64,000 nt of DNA from Octopus vulgaris (GCA_951406725.2 OX597814.1:44020001-44084000), one strand, 5' to 3'. Shown: positions 1-11,974, counted from the stretch's first letter. Notes: generated from the letters alone by a model not told the origin. Numbers and translations are program-made.

Positions 1-500
1 GCACCAGTTATTTGGTTGATATTTGTTGTTCGTGGATTGCAAAAGCATACCCTTCAAAGTTGGAGGTAGTACTCCGGTTATTTATCTATGATAGGCTACT
101 TTGATGATCAATACTACTTTCATCTCGTAGCTTTCTACTAATATATCCATGCATAGTCTTCTGCTCATACAGGTTCATCTCTTCATCTGATGATACGTTG
201 CGGTGTAATCGTTCGACTTCTTTGGGTATGTATTCTAGGTTACCATACAAGGAATGTAGCTCAAGGTGCTGCTTTCCAAGTCTTATGATGTTATCAGCTT
301 CATGTATGCAAATTTGGTCAAGCGTGCACTTCGGCACTTGGTGGTTAAAAGATGTTGCCGAAGGGATATAATACAACATTCAAAGACATTTTTGTTCAAT
401 GTTAAGCATCTTCTACCTCGTTTTCGTTCTAGGCAGAGGCGTTTATGTGGAAATTATGTGCTTCTTAGTATTTTGGGGGTTTTCACATCATTGGCGCGGA
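1..500 (-). mobile_element. Degraded R4/Dong-type RLE non-LTR retrotransposon fragment (post-RT region)
   Basis: Minus strand reads ...YEQKTMHGYISRK...IDHQSSLS*...SNFEGYAFAIHEQ, matching the WQEKxLHG...ETEGFIIAAQDQ block of other copies here; an RLxLxRKxGxR-like motif lies upstream. Confidence 0.65.
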
Positions 501-635
501 TCTCATCAAGCGTCCAGTCAAGCAGACCCGATGATGGTATGAGTTTGGCACCATAAACACATTGTGTGGCATTGTTTTATTGAATGCAACGAGTTCTGAG
601 GACCAGATTTCCTTTATTCGGCTGTAATATTCTTT

Positions 636-743
636 TTAGCGAATAAAATAATTTGCTAGGCGAAGTCTTCTTCAGCAGGTACACCTTAGATTAAATATAT
701 ATACACGAAGCAATCCAGTATATGCCCCGTGCTTATACATTCT
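636..743. repeat. Dispersed repeat shared with 57836-57946
   Basis: aataaaataatttgctaggcgaagtct...gcaggtac.ccttagattaaatat.tatacacgaagcaatccagtatat...atacattct occurs at both loci. Confidence 0.85.
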
Positions 744-1465
744 AATCTTTCAAATCTACCACGCAAGCGCATCTCCTTATCGGCAGTAAATAAAAAATGC
801 CGGCTTTTCAATTCGAAATATAAATTAAATAATGAGGGTAGAAATTGATATTAATCAATTAAAATCAGTGGCTTAGCCTATTTTAAGATATCCGAAGATT
901 AAAAATTATATTAAAAATTACCACGAAGAATGAGCTAATCAAGAAAAAATTTCACTACAACGCCAAAATGTAAAAATAAGCAAGACAAATGAAAATATGG
1001 TAATGGCGATTTGACGTCTATATTTAGCGTATTAGGAGTCCACTTTAGTTGTCATTCTTCTTAATTTTGTATAAATATATATGCAGGTATGTATTTGTGA
1101 ATGTGTGTGTGTACGCATATATGTATATATCTTTGGGACATTGATAATAGAAATTTACTCATTACATGAAGAACGAAGAAATATTTAACGCTAATTGTAG
1201 ATTTAGAGTTTTTAAATCCTGACATGAAGTGTCATATTCTGAAATACCGAATAATCGTCAGACGAACATAGAGTTGCTCAAAGCGAATAACGTAGCTTTT
1301 GCTATAAATTGATGACAGTCTTCAGAGACATATATCGTAATGTGTTTATAATTTTCTCAGCTAATAGAGAAGATAATTTGAGACAGTTTATAAATACATG
1401 GATTGTTAAAATTGTGCACCTGCACAATTTTAACACCAACATTCTCGAGCGTACAAAATATATTA

Positions 1466-1505
1466 AGGAGGAGGAGGAGGAGGACAAGAACAGAAGAACA
1501 AGAAC

Positions 1506-1563
<58 letters not shown>

Positions 1564-1615
1564 TGCTGCTGTTGTTGTTGTGGTGGTGGTAGTAGTAGTA
1601 GTTGTTGTTGTGGCG

Positions 1616-1655
<40 letters not shown>

Positions 1656-1659
1656 CAGC

Positions 1660-1734
<75 letters not shown>
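1466..1734. repeat. Compound trinucleotide microsatellite (GAG)n/(AGT)n/(TGT)n
   Basis: Direct reading; explains the poly-S, poly-L and poly-V ORFs. Confidence 0.97.
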
Positions 1735-1735
<1 letters not shown>

Positions 1736-2899
1736 TATTTATAATTACATTTATAACACTCTGACGGGAGTCAGTTGTTCTTAATACCTGACCTCGGTCG
1801 ATAAATATCAAACAGTTTGTGAGTGGTAAGACGCTGGTGTGGAAATCTTAGGCCAGACAGATTTCTTAGCCTTGGCAATAACCTATCTGAAAACAGGGTG
1901 TCAGTAAATCCAGTAACAACTGAGTGATCAGATTTATGTCAAGAGCATGAGGACCGTTTTATCTCTGGATAGTAAACCTCATACAGATGTTGTGCCGAAA
2001 AAAATACTGGCGCAGTGTAACCGTAAAATCAATATTCTGATATAGCAAGTTTCAATATCAGCATAATCGGGTGGGAATTCGGGTAGAAGGAGTTTCCATC
2101 TATTTGTGTTCTGCAGCATAGCAAGGCTAGCTGATCGGCATTCAATTATTGTGGTACAAAAAGCTAATTGCAAAAAGGAAATCAATAAATTAAGCAATAG
2201 AATGTTCTCTAAGAATGGTCAAGCGTAGCGGGGATTCAGAAAAAAAGAACAATGTATGCCAGGTGAAATGATGTGTTTGAATTTAAACACAATGAACAAC
2301 AATTAGAATACCAAACACAGTGGATCAGAGATATCGGGAATAAAAAATATTCCTCTGATTTAGAAATTGGAGAAAAGCAGAGACAGATTAAACTATAAGT
2401 AGCAACACGTCAAAACCAGACTGATGCAATAGCTCTTCTAAGAATCAGGAGGGCATGACTGTTATAGTTGGTGAGGAGATAGAATACCTGCATTTTTAAT
2501 GTGGGCAAGTAGTGTACAACAATGAAGAGAATGTAATGAGAATCGTGTTCTTCGAGGACAAATAGAATTTGTTGCAGTACTGGGAGAGTGATTAATGAAA
2601 CAAGAGGGATATGGTATTAGCCATACTCAAGACAGTTCATGGAATCTAAGTTAAGGAGAAACAGCGCAGTTTATAACATTACCTACGAATTAAGATATCA
2701 GCATATTAGCAGGCAAAATGAAAGTTGCTAAACAGTTGAGAAAAATGAATGAACAAAATAAGTGGATACACATGTGGGACATATTGATTGTAATGACCGT
2801 AGCGTGGCTATAAATGAATTTTTGCTATAGAGAAGTCATGAACACGAGGAAAGTAGTTTAAAGAATATTGGATTAACCCATAAATAATCTCGTTTTTCA

Positions 2900-4050
2900 A
2901 TTGCATGAACTAAAAATCGGAGAGGTATGGGATAAACTACTTGCAACAACTTGCTATAAAACCAGGGACAGCATACAAGATCGAATACTGAAGAAAGCAA
3001 GCTGTTTTGAGGCAACAATTCGGTGAGAAATGTCAGTTTAAAGCAAGTGGAAAATCACACAGAAAAGTTTTGAGGTGAGGTATTCTAAAGCAGTTACTGA
3101 TGTGTGGAAAATGGAAAATAACACGACCAGATGATACCTATGGATATTACCGAAAATGATTTACAATCCTCAAGAAAACTTCCAGACACAAGCAAGAAAA
3201 AAGATTGTATCAAAGCAGTAAGTAGCATTTCACCTAACAAAAGGAAGACCACGCCTCGTAACAACAGACAAACTGAAACTAACAATGTTTCAAAATGCCC
3301 GCCAATTATGTGAAAACCTTCAACATGAACAATAGTGAACATGATATATCAACACCTGCCTGACAAACTCCTAATGGATCATGAGCGGAAATGCTCTCCC
3401 AAACGCATGAGACTATCGGAATCCCAACTAAAGCAGAATCGACTGTTATTTTCTGCAAATTCATAGACGACGTAGAGATCACCTCATGTCATGTAGAAAT
3501 GTATATACTTTCTGGCAAATTTACTGACCAGGTACAAGTCCCTGCAAATGAAATAGTGTTCGTTGTTATTTCTAGCAAATATAATTTATGATCCAGTATT
3601 TTGCGAGCCTCTAAGGAAAGATAATTACGCCATCGACAAACACATTTAGCACAATGAGGGAAAAGGCAAATAGAAATATAGGTCAAATAAATCATTCAAG
3701 GGAACAATTGTGTTCTATTTTGTTAATAATCACACTTATTTCTCTTGGTTATACTAAGTAAAGTAAGGAAGAGTGCCCATTTGAATAAGGGAGAGAAGCT
3801 GTTGATCGTATTTTTGTGAATGCTATAGCAAAGACAAGAATCAACCGGATTCTTTAATGCCAAGCATAAGGATATTTATTAACGACGTTGGGATGAGTTT
3901 CGAAATCAGAAATAAATTTAATAACAAACTCGTAAACTACATCTGGTAGTTGAAATATAAAATGCACATCATACGACATCAGCGGAAAGTTCGCCCATAA
4001 TTCCAAAGGGTATCTGGACGAGTATATTTTGTGCTATAGAGAAGAGAATA
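2900..4050 (+). mobile_element. Possible heavily decayed LTR-retroelement/integrase relic
   Basis: Weak motifs in order: zinc-knuckle-like near 2940, FIDDV near 3460, D.G..F and H..TS..HNSKG integrase-like remnants at 3880-4020; many stops. Confidence 0.25.
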
Positions 4051-4294
4051 ATTGTACAGAACTCTCGAGTCCCTAACCTTGAATTATACGGAAATGTCGA
4101 GACAGAAATTTACAGCCAATGCACTAACATTGAGAACTCGTAAGGAGAAAGTGGACGCTTCATCCATGTGTATCATAAAGTATCTGACGTTTACCTCTGG
4201 GGGAAAATCCCTATGAACGTTTCCTCGAAAATATCTCCCACAATAATTTTTTCCCAGTTATCTATTGTTTATGCCCTCTACCTCTGTCTTTGAT

Positions 4295-4327
<33 letters not shown>

Positions 4328-4360
4328 CTCTTTTTCTTTCTCTCTCTCTCTCTCTATCTG

Positions 4361-4392
<32 letters not shown>
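4295..4392. repeat. (CT)n microsatellite
   Basis: Direct reading. Confidence 0.95.
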
Positions 4393-4394
<2 letters not shown>

Positions 4395-6559
4395 CTCACT
4401 CTCATATGCACTTTTTATCACTTTTTATCTTTTGCTTCTGTCTCAATTCTCTGTTTCCCCATCCAACTTGTTCACCTGGTCGTTATCAGTCTATATAGAA
4501 GGAAATCGGTCCTCAGCTGTGCCTACGCCGTATCTTTGCGCAGTTCTGTGTGCTTCCTGAGCGTACGCAACTGTGTGTATGTTTGCGTGCGCTTGTATGA
4601 TTTTTCTTGATTAATTTAATTTTACGAAGGGCAGTGAAATGCCCAATGCCAACGTGTTTGTATAGGGACGTCCATGGCCATGTAGAACATATGTACAAAT
4701 ATGTTGCATAAATAAATACATTTTTTTCTTGTTGGTAGTAGATCAGAGAACATTAGCTTTTGCATCTTATGGCGGATAAATGAACAAAAACAAAACTTCG
4801 TATTAGGTGGCAATATCTGAAAAATATATTTTATTATTGTCCAACAGTTATTTGCAAACACTTTGTGCAATTCATCTCGCATCTAAGTTTAATCAACATT
4901 TACAAAATATATTTTCGCTTTCCTTTATCGCTTTCGCCACCATCTCCACCATCAGAATTTAAATAATTAGACATGAATACTGGAGAGACATTACATAGAA
5001 TATTGCTGTTATTATGCAATTAAATATTTCGAAGCTTAACTATATGAGCTTCAAATGAGAAGTATTTTAATTATATTTTCGATTTTCTTTCATTGTATTT
5101 CATTTTGATAAATATTAAAGGAAGCTGTTAAAATATATTGCTTTAGAGATATAAATGAATTCGCGTTTCGTGTTTCAGCTGGTAAAAATTAACAACTTTA
5201 ATAACATAGATACACATATGCTGTCCCATTTAAAATTATTTTATGAAAACGTTTGTAATTTCTAAAGTGTACATAAATTCAATTTAAATAATTATATTTG
5301 ATCATTAGAAGCAAGCTGGTTTCATAGTAAAATCTAAATTTAGATTCAACTAACTTTACCTTGGATATTCCACTGTTTATATATATGAAATCTTATGCCA
5401 GATACATCAGTTGTTTAAATTCAATACAAAGCAATGAAATTATGAATTTTCTGTGTGTTATGGGGTTTCACTTCATTAAAATTATTCTGATTTCGTACTA
5501 TAATAAATATGTCCGGTTTATTCTATTAATTATATATTAATGTAGATTTTTCACCAATCTACACCCTTTTCCCTAGAGAATAAAAGTTAGAAATTTCGTA
5601 GCAATTGTTTTATGTACACTGCTGATGGAATTTAATATCTATCATACAGCAACACTTCTCACCAAAGTGAAATATAGCAGTTAAACGTATATATAATATG
5701 CATATACTGTGTACAATATCTCTACAGCGAAACAAGCCACACAACCTTCGATAGTTGGTCAGCATCAGTCTAATTGGCAATTTGCGGACTGTTTTTCCGA
5801 AAGTGTGTATGCAAAAAAAGTCACAGCTCGAAATTAATGCTCTTAGAAGAGTGTGATATTTAATTCCATACGACCTTAGTCACAAGTGTCGATTGCATTC
5901 AAATGGGAAATGACGCTCTATTATGCAAGTAGCTGGAACCGGACCACTCCATTATCAAAAGGTTCACACATATTGAACACATTTTAGAATTTATAGGCGT
6001 TGAGAAACGTGATTGAGATACGCTTCTAATTTTCTTTATAAAAAATGTGTTATGCTGTATTTTATGTATAATACTTTTAATTTTCTTAACCCAATTATTT
6101 TCCTCAATTCAAAGATGTAGAGACTATAAAATTCTACTGACTGGTTTCCTCTGAGCTGTTACGGGCAAATTATATTGCAAGTAGAAACGTTATATGATTT
6201 CAAATGCAGATGTACCTTATCCATATGGAAATTAGTAATAAATCATTATTTCATCACAGAATCATGCCCTTTTTTCTCTTTGGAAATATTAATCGTTATA
6301 TATATTTTTAAAACATTTATCTACACTATGTGAACCGTAAATGAGATGTAGATACCAAACGCGTACCGGTGTTTTAAGTTATCTGTTATTTTCTAATTGT
6401 TTTCATTAAGTTATTTTTTGCCAACATCTTTATTAATTTTATCATTATGATTTTATGCATAACTATGTTCATAGCATAATTACAAAGAAAGGGTATGTTA
6501 CATTAGGAAAGTGTACATAAGACGCAGAAGTGGCTGTGTGGTAAGTAGCTTGCTAACCA

Positions 6560-8786
6560 GACATGCGCAGTTAGTCGGTTGCTTCTTGTTGAGCTAGAGC
6601 GGACGTGAGTAACAAGCTCTGTCCAACTAAAGAAAAAAGACCAAAAACGGAAAGTTGTCGAGGTAAGTGATTTTGTTTATTGTGAGTTGGGCATAATTTA
6701 TTGCGTGCCAATTATTATTTCAGTAGGTTGTGTCCAACTCTGAGACAATTTCGCCTGCGCTAGGCGGCTGCCGTTTTTGTGTTCATTGAAAAAAAAAAGA
6801 AAAAACAGTGGAGGGGCGTATACTCAGGATTCAATACAGTTACTGTTAAAATTACCGTTGGCAGTAACCAGTGCTGTGTTTGAGTTTGCTGAATTTATTC
6901 CCTTGTCAGAGTACTTCGCAAGAAAAGTATAAAAATAAGCCACTATTGGATTACCTTTCGGACCCATTTTTGTGGAGGTTGTGTTGCAGTTGCGGCGTTC
7001 AAGGTTCAACCCAGGCCGGGAGTACCGCAGAATATTTTTGCTGTGTTTTTTCTGTTTATTAACTTTCTTTTGAACTTCATTTACCCCCCCCCTTTGTTTT
7101 TTCTTTATTGCGACTTTCCGTTAATTTCTTCCCTTCTGTTGTGCTTTCTCCTTTTTGTTTTTTCAAAAATCTATCAAATTTATTTAGACTTTTGAACTTT
7201 TTTCTTCCTGCTTTTGAGTCTAATTTGAATATATTTTTTAAAAAACATGGCAATGAAAAATAACAAAGTTTTGGAGTGGGAAATCATACCACCCAAAAAG
7301 TGGTTGAAGGACCGTGAAGATAGGACGGTGGTGTTGAGAACCTACTCCAAGGCACTTGACACCATCGCCCTATTCGAAAAGACGGCAATTGAGGAGGAGT
7401 TGGAGGAGTATTTGCCAACAATTAAATTCATTTCCAGGGGTGTCAAATATGGAACGGTGTGGTTGCTGTTTGACACCCCTGAAGAGGCTTGCAAATTTGC
7501 TAGCGAACCCTTGGAGGGTAAGGAAATCTTATTCCTGCCCACTTACAAAAAAAAGAAATTAATGAAAGCTTGGATCTGCGGACTGCCACCCGACATAGAA
7601 CCCGAGTGGATAGAGGAGACTATCCGCCGGGGTCTGGGTGACAGCGAAACTAAGCTCCTCAATGTAAAAGTTCTTCCTGCGGCTGCTTGGGTTGGCTCGA
7701 AAGCAGTTTTGACCCTGTGGACCCAATCAGCCAATCTGGTTTTTCCAGATTTTTTGAAAATGGCCGGGTGCAGGTACCCGGTGATGCTTGAGGGTCGCCC
7801 CCCTAAGTGTTATCGGTGCTTGGAGTCCGGCCACATAAAGAAGAACTGTCCTCGGGAACAAAATAGGATCCCGGAACAGTTAAGTAAAACCCCTCTAGAA
7901 GAGGGAACGATAACGGCCGAGAAAGCAGAGGACTCCTCAAGCAGAGGCCGAAAGAGGAAGGTGAGCAACAATGGGTGCTCACCAAAGGATAATAGGGATG
8001 AGGAGAGGAGGGCGAATCTTCCAGCCACGGAGGAGACGCACCCTCCCTCAGTTGAAAAGGGAAAAAAAGAAAAAGAGGAAGAAAAACGGGACGTTGCCGG
8101 CTGTCAGTGTGGCACCGGAATGTCGCGGAACTACGTCGGTTGGGGTTGTGCCACCGACAAGAGAAGGAATACCGTTGGCGGAAACTGTGCCGCCAACGAA
8201 AGAACTGAATGTATTGGTCCTCTTCTATAGAGGAGGAGAAATTGAAAAAGTGATGGAAGAGCACTACAAGGGAGCACCTTTAGCCTTCACACAGGACCCC
8301 GAATGGCCTCCGCAGGTAGCTGTGGAGGCCGTGGCGTTCGACGTGACGCTAGGGCTAAAGGAGCTCAATGAAGACTATAACTTGGTCCCGGGCGATGCGA
8401 ACTCGGAACTTGACTACGCTCTGAGGGAGGCGTGGTTGATGGTGGAGGGCGCGGGCACAAGCTATTTCGAGGACGATATGTATTATTAGTAATGGACTTA
8501 AGTCCAAAAATTGAAAAATTGTAAGAGGATTAATACCTCGTTTTGTATTAATAATGGACTACTAAGCCCAAAATTGGGAAAAATTGTAAGAGGTTTAATA
8601 CCTCGTTTTGTGTTAATCTTTTTAAAAAGAACAATGTTTTAGAGAAGCAAAAGTCGGCGGGCGCTTTCTGTCTTCTCCCATCCTTATCATCTTTCTTTCA
8701 TTATCATTCACCTCATTAATGTCCTCGTCCAGCCCGCAAAGCTAACTTAATCTGTGTACTGCCTTTATGGCAAATGTTTTGAAATA
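6560..8786 (+). mobile_element. ORF1-only non-autonomous Tx1/L1-like retroelement with 17-bp TSD
   Basis: aagtagcttgctaacca is duplicated at 6543-6559 and 8787-8803; about 690-bp leader, one gag-like ORF, short 3' UTR ending in AATAAA; no endonuclease or RT sequence. Confidence 0.85.
7247..8489 (+). CDS. ORF1p/gag-like nucleic-acid-binding protein with CCHC zinc knuckle; probable +1 frameshift near 8060-8085 joins ORFs 7247-8230 and 7971-8489
   Basis: PVMLEGRPPKCYRCLESGHIKKNC (CX2CX4HX4C), RRM-like AWICGLPPDI segment, basic low-complexity linker; the same context occurs in the ORF1 remnant at 19007-19075. Confidence 0.8.
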
Positions 8787-8935
8787 AAGTAGCTTGCTAA
8801 CCAACCACATGGTTCCGGGTTCAGTCCCACTGCGTGGCATCTTGGGCAAGTGTCTTCTGCTATAGCCCCGGGCCGACCAATGCCTTGTGAGGGGATTTCG
8901 TAGACGGAAACTGAAAGAAGCCTGTCGTATATATG

Positions 8936-8966
<31 letters not shown>

Positions 8967-9311
8967 TTGTATGTCTGTGTTTGTCCCCCTAGCATTGCTT
9001 GACAACCGATGCTGATGTGTTTACGTCCCGTTACTTAGCGGTTCGGCAAAGTAAACCGATATAATGAGTACTGGGCTTACAAAGAATAAGTCCCGGGGTC
9101 GATTTGCTCGACTAAAGGCGGTGCTCCAACATGGCCACAGTCAAATGACTGAAACAAGTGAAAAGAATAAAAAAAAAAAAGAGAAAAGGGAGTATAAAAC
9201 AATTGCTACGTAATTTCTGACTTTTACTCTATAGAGAAACGGATGTAGATTGGTAAGAAATCTACATTAACGTATAATTAATAGAATAAAACGGACATAC
9301 GTCTTACCACA

Positions 9312-9478
9312 TAGGCAATGGCGTGGCTATGCGGTTAGAAGCTTGCTTCCCAACCACATGGTTCTGGGTTCAGTCCCACTGGATATCAACTTGGGCAAGC
9401 GTAATTTTACTATAGCATTGGGCTGCCCAATGCCTTGTGAGTGGTCTTGGTAGACAGACACTATAAGAAGCCTGTCAA
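9312..9478 (+). mobile_element. SINE family A, diverged 5' half
   Basis: tggctatgcggttagaagcttgcttcccaaccacatggttctgggttcagtccc...gccttgtgagtgg. Confidence 0.85.
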
Positions 9479-9494
9479 ACACGTGTGATCATCC

Positions 9495-9657
9495 AGGCGC
9501 AGGAGTGGCTGCGTAGTAAGTAGCTTGCTTACCAACCACATGGTACCGGGTTCAGTCCCACTGCGTGACACCTTGGGCAAGTGACTCCTACTATAGCCTC
9601 GGGCCGACCAAAGCCTTGTGAGTGGATTTGGTAGACGGAAACTGAAAGAAGCCCATC

Positions 9658-9693
<36 letters not shown>

Positions 9694-9705
9694 GTACGTA
9701 CGTAC

Positions 9706-9736
<31 letters not shown>

Positions 9737-9985
9737 TGTATGTATGCATGCATGCATGCATGCATGCATGCATATGTTTGTGTGTCCTCCCAATATCGCT
9801 TGACAACCGATGCTGGTGTGTTTACGTTCCCGTCACTTAGCAGTTCGGCAAGAGGGACCGATACAATAATTACTAGGCTTACAAAGAATAAGGCCTGAGG
9901 TCGATTTACTCGACCAAAGGCGGTGCTCCAGCATGGGCACACTCACTTGACTGAAACAAATAAAAGAATGAAAGAATAAAAGAAT
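9495..9985 (+). mobile_element. SINE family A, full length with internal (TA)n(TATG)n(CATG)n
   Basis: Complete head, core, microsatellite and 3' tail matching the 6521/8787 and 57230 copies. Confidence 0.93.
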
Positions 9986-11330
9986 TAGTGAACCTGTGAT
10001 AGTGAAACGTATGTATCGGAGCAATCATTTGAGATTTAGTTGCGTGACTTTCGTGTTTAAACAAGTAGAATGCGACGAGATATGAGCAATACATGTACTT
10101 TCTGTAGTCGGCATGACTCTACAAGTACAAAATTCCATCACCTTTTGATCATAAAATTGTATAGATCTAGTTGAACTTTAGCTCTAAAATTTCTTACAAA
10201 TTAATTTGGACTTATACAGTGATCGTGATCTTTAATTAATATTGCATATCGTATAAAAATTGGGTTAAAGCTTCGTACATAATTTTATGTGAAAAATATG
10301 TTTGCTCCCTTGTTAGTAACAGGCAATTGAACGTGGTATCAACATCTTTACTCACAAGTATACATTCTTTCATTAAATGACTACTTACACATTTTAAGTT
10401 ATTTATTCATATTTATTATATTGCTAAATTTAATAAACATCTAAGAAAAGAATTAAATGTTTAAGTTATTTCTTTTATAAAAATCTTAGACGCGCTCAAA
10501 AATATTGATTGAATTAAATTTTTCTTTTTGTATTCTTTGCTTTTCTATCTCATTTAAAATTCTGAACCCAATTGAATTTTAACCGGAAATGTTTCGACGT
10601 GCCATAAAATATATTTAAAGCTGCTTTATTCCAATTTTCAATTTACACAAAAAAATGTTAATACATTAAGAATTTTCTTCTAATTTTCTGATCTAAAGAA
10701 CCTCTCTGACAATAAAATTTCAAAATTTCAGGAACTAAATTATTCAAATGTGAAATTTTATATAATTCCTTTTGTTTAAAAATTCAAGAGTTATTCCTCC
10801 GCGTTATTCATCTTTGATTTTCAATTCTTTTATTGTTGAAATGTTGAGTATGTATTTATTTTATATATTAATTTCATGTTATTTTATATCGGTTATTCAT
10901 TTATTTATTGATTTCTTTTTTAATAATTTTCTTTGCGTTTTTGTAAATTTACCAATAAGTTGCGAAATGCCGACACAAAATCTAAATGCTGAGCGATTCA
11001 TCCAATCAGGTTCTTTTTGGTGCAAAACTTAATATTCTCTTTCTCTTGCGGCTTACAACTTATAGTTTTTATTATCAAGTTGCTTGAAACTCTCTAAAAG
11101 AAGTGGACAGTTTTTCTCAACAATGATACATAAATTGTCCCTAGATACGTATAAAAATAGGGTAGGGCGACACTTTCAGAACGCCAAAAGAGCACATTTC
11201 CTATCTAATTAATTACATGTCTTATCCCTGTTTACTTGGCGTCTATCAGTTTTTATGTCGCATTAAATGTATCGTGATTACATGTAATTAACTATGGTTC
11301 GATTTCACTTGATAGATATCAACTAAAGGA

Positions 11331-11521
11331 TATTCTGTTGTGTCTGGGGAGAGTCATTTTATTTTTGTGCCTTTTTACACCGGTAAAATTTCCACTTATT
11401 TTTTATTTTATTTTCCTAAAATTTTCAACAGCCTTCCTAAGATAAGTGAAAATTTTACCGGTGAGTGTGTTACATTATAAGGCACAAAAAGAGAATGCCT
11501 TTCCCCAGACACAAGAGAATA
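11331..11521. mobile_element. MITE-like foldback element (~190 bp, long imperfect inverted arms)
   Basis: tattctgttgtgtctgggga...tttttgtgcctt..caccggtaaaatttccacttat pairs with ataagtgaaaattttaccggtg...aaggcacaaaaa...tccccagacacaagagaata. Confidence 0.75.
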
Positions 11522-11974
11522 AGCTTCAATACACGAACTCATACAAAGAATCTTGCAGACCAAATCCCAAAACGAAACTGAAGTAAGATTCCAGGTAAAA
11601 ACCGATGAAGCAAAAGATCTTTCCAGAAACATATACACTGCTGTACTTGTTTTAACAAGAAATTGAGGTAATCTTTGTGTGAGATTCAATAGGATATAAG
11701 TAATCACTAGTTTTCCAACTGCATACAATAGCTATCAGTCTCACCAGCAGACTGTCAATTACCCAGTAGATGCGTCTTAACAGCTTTAGATATTGTACAT
11801 TGCAGATAGGGGATTTTTTTCATGTATAAATCGTTAAGGTTTATAGTACTTACATAATCATGATTATAATTAGTGTAGTATATACTTTCAGATGTAAAAA
11901 CAAAATCAGAATAGATGATTTTTACGTTGAAAATTTAAAACTATCAAAAAATACAAGCTATAAAATATTAAGTA

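Larger units (their letters stand above)
6521..9180 (+). mobile_element. tRNA-derived SINE (family A), split by an insertion: head 6521-6559, remainder 8787-9180
   Basis: A-box-like tggctgtgtgg, B-box-like ggttcagtccc, ccttgggcaagt-type core, internal TA/TG microsatellite, 3' ggcggtgctcc..catggcc..tgactgaaac and A-rich tail; collinear with intact copies at 9495 and 57230. Confidence 0.92.

Noticed and set aside
1302-1811. Long ORFs with homopolymeric or periodic peptides here and at 11860-12730, 33532, 37610, 44617, 45265, 59622 and 61272
   Set aside because: They are translations of microsatellites that lack stop codons, not genes.
4490-4700. TATA-like tatatagaa with a GC-richer downstream block as a promoter or miRNA
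   Set aside because: No linked exon or convincing hairpin; not supportable from sequence alone.
8058-8070. Programmed -1 frameshift at G GGA AAA in the ORF1 element
   Set aside because: The downstream open frame is +1, not -1; a simple indel in the A-run is more likely.
9495-9575. tRNA gene (also at 27340, 46480 and 57580)
   Set aside because: A/B boxes are present but there is no proper cloverleaf, and each continues into a SINE body.
11540-11760. Possible host exon or hAT transposase piece (RFQVKTDEAKDLS)
   Set aside because: In-frame stops, no convincing splice sites and too short a motif.
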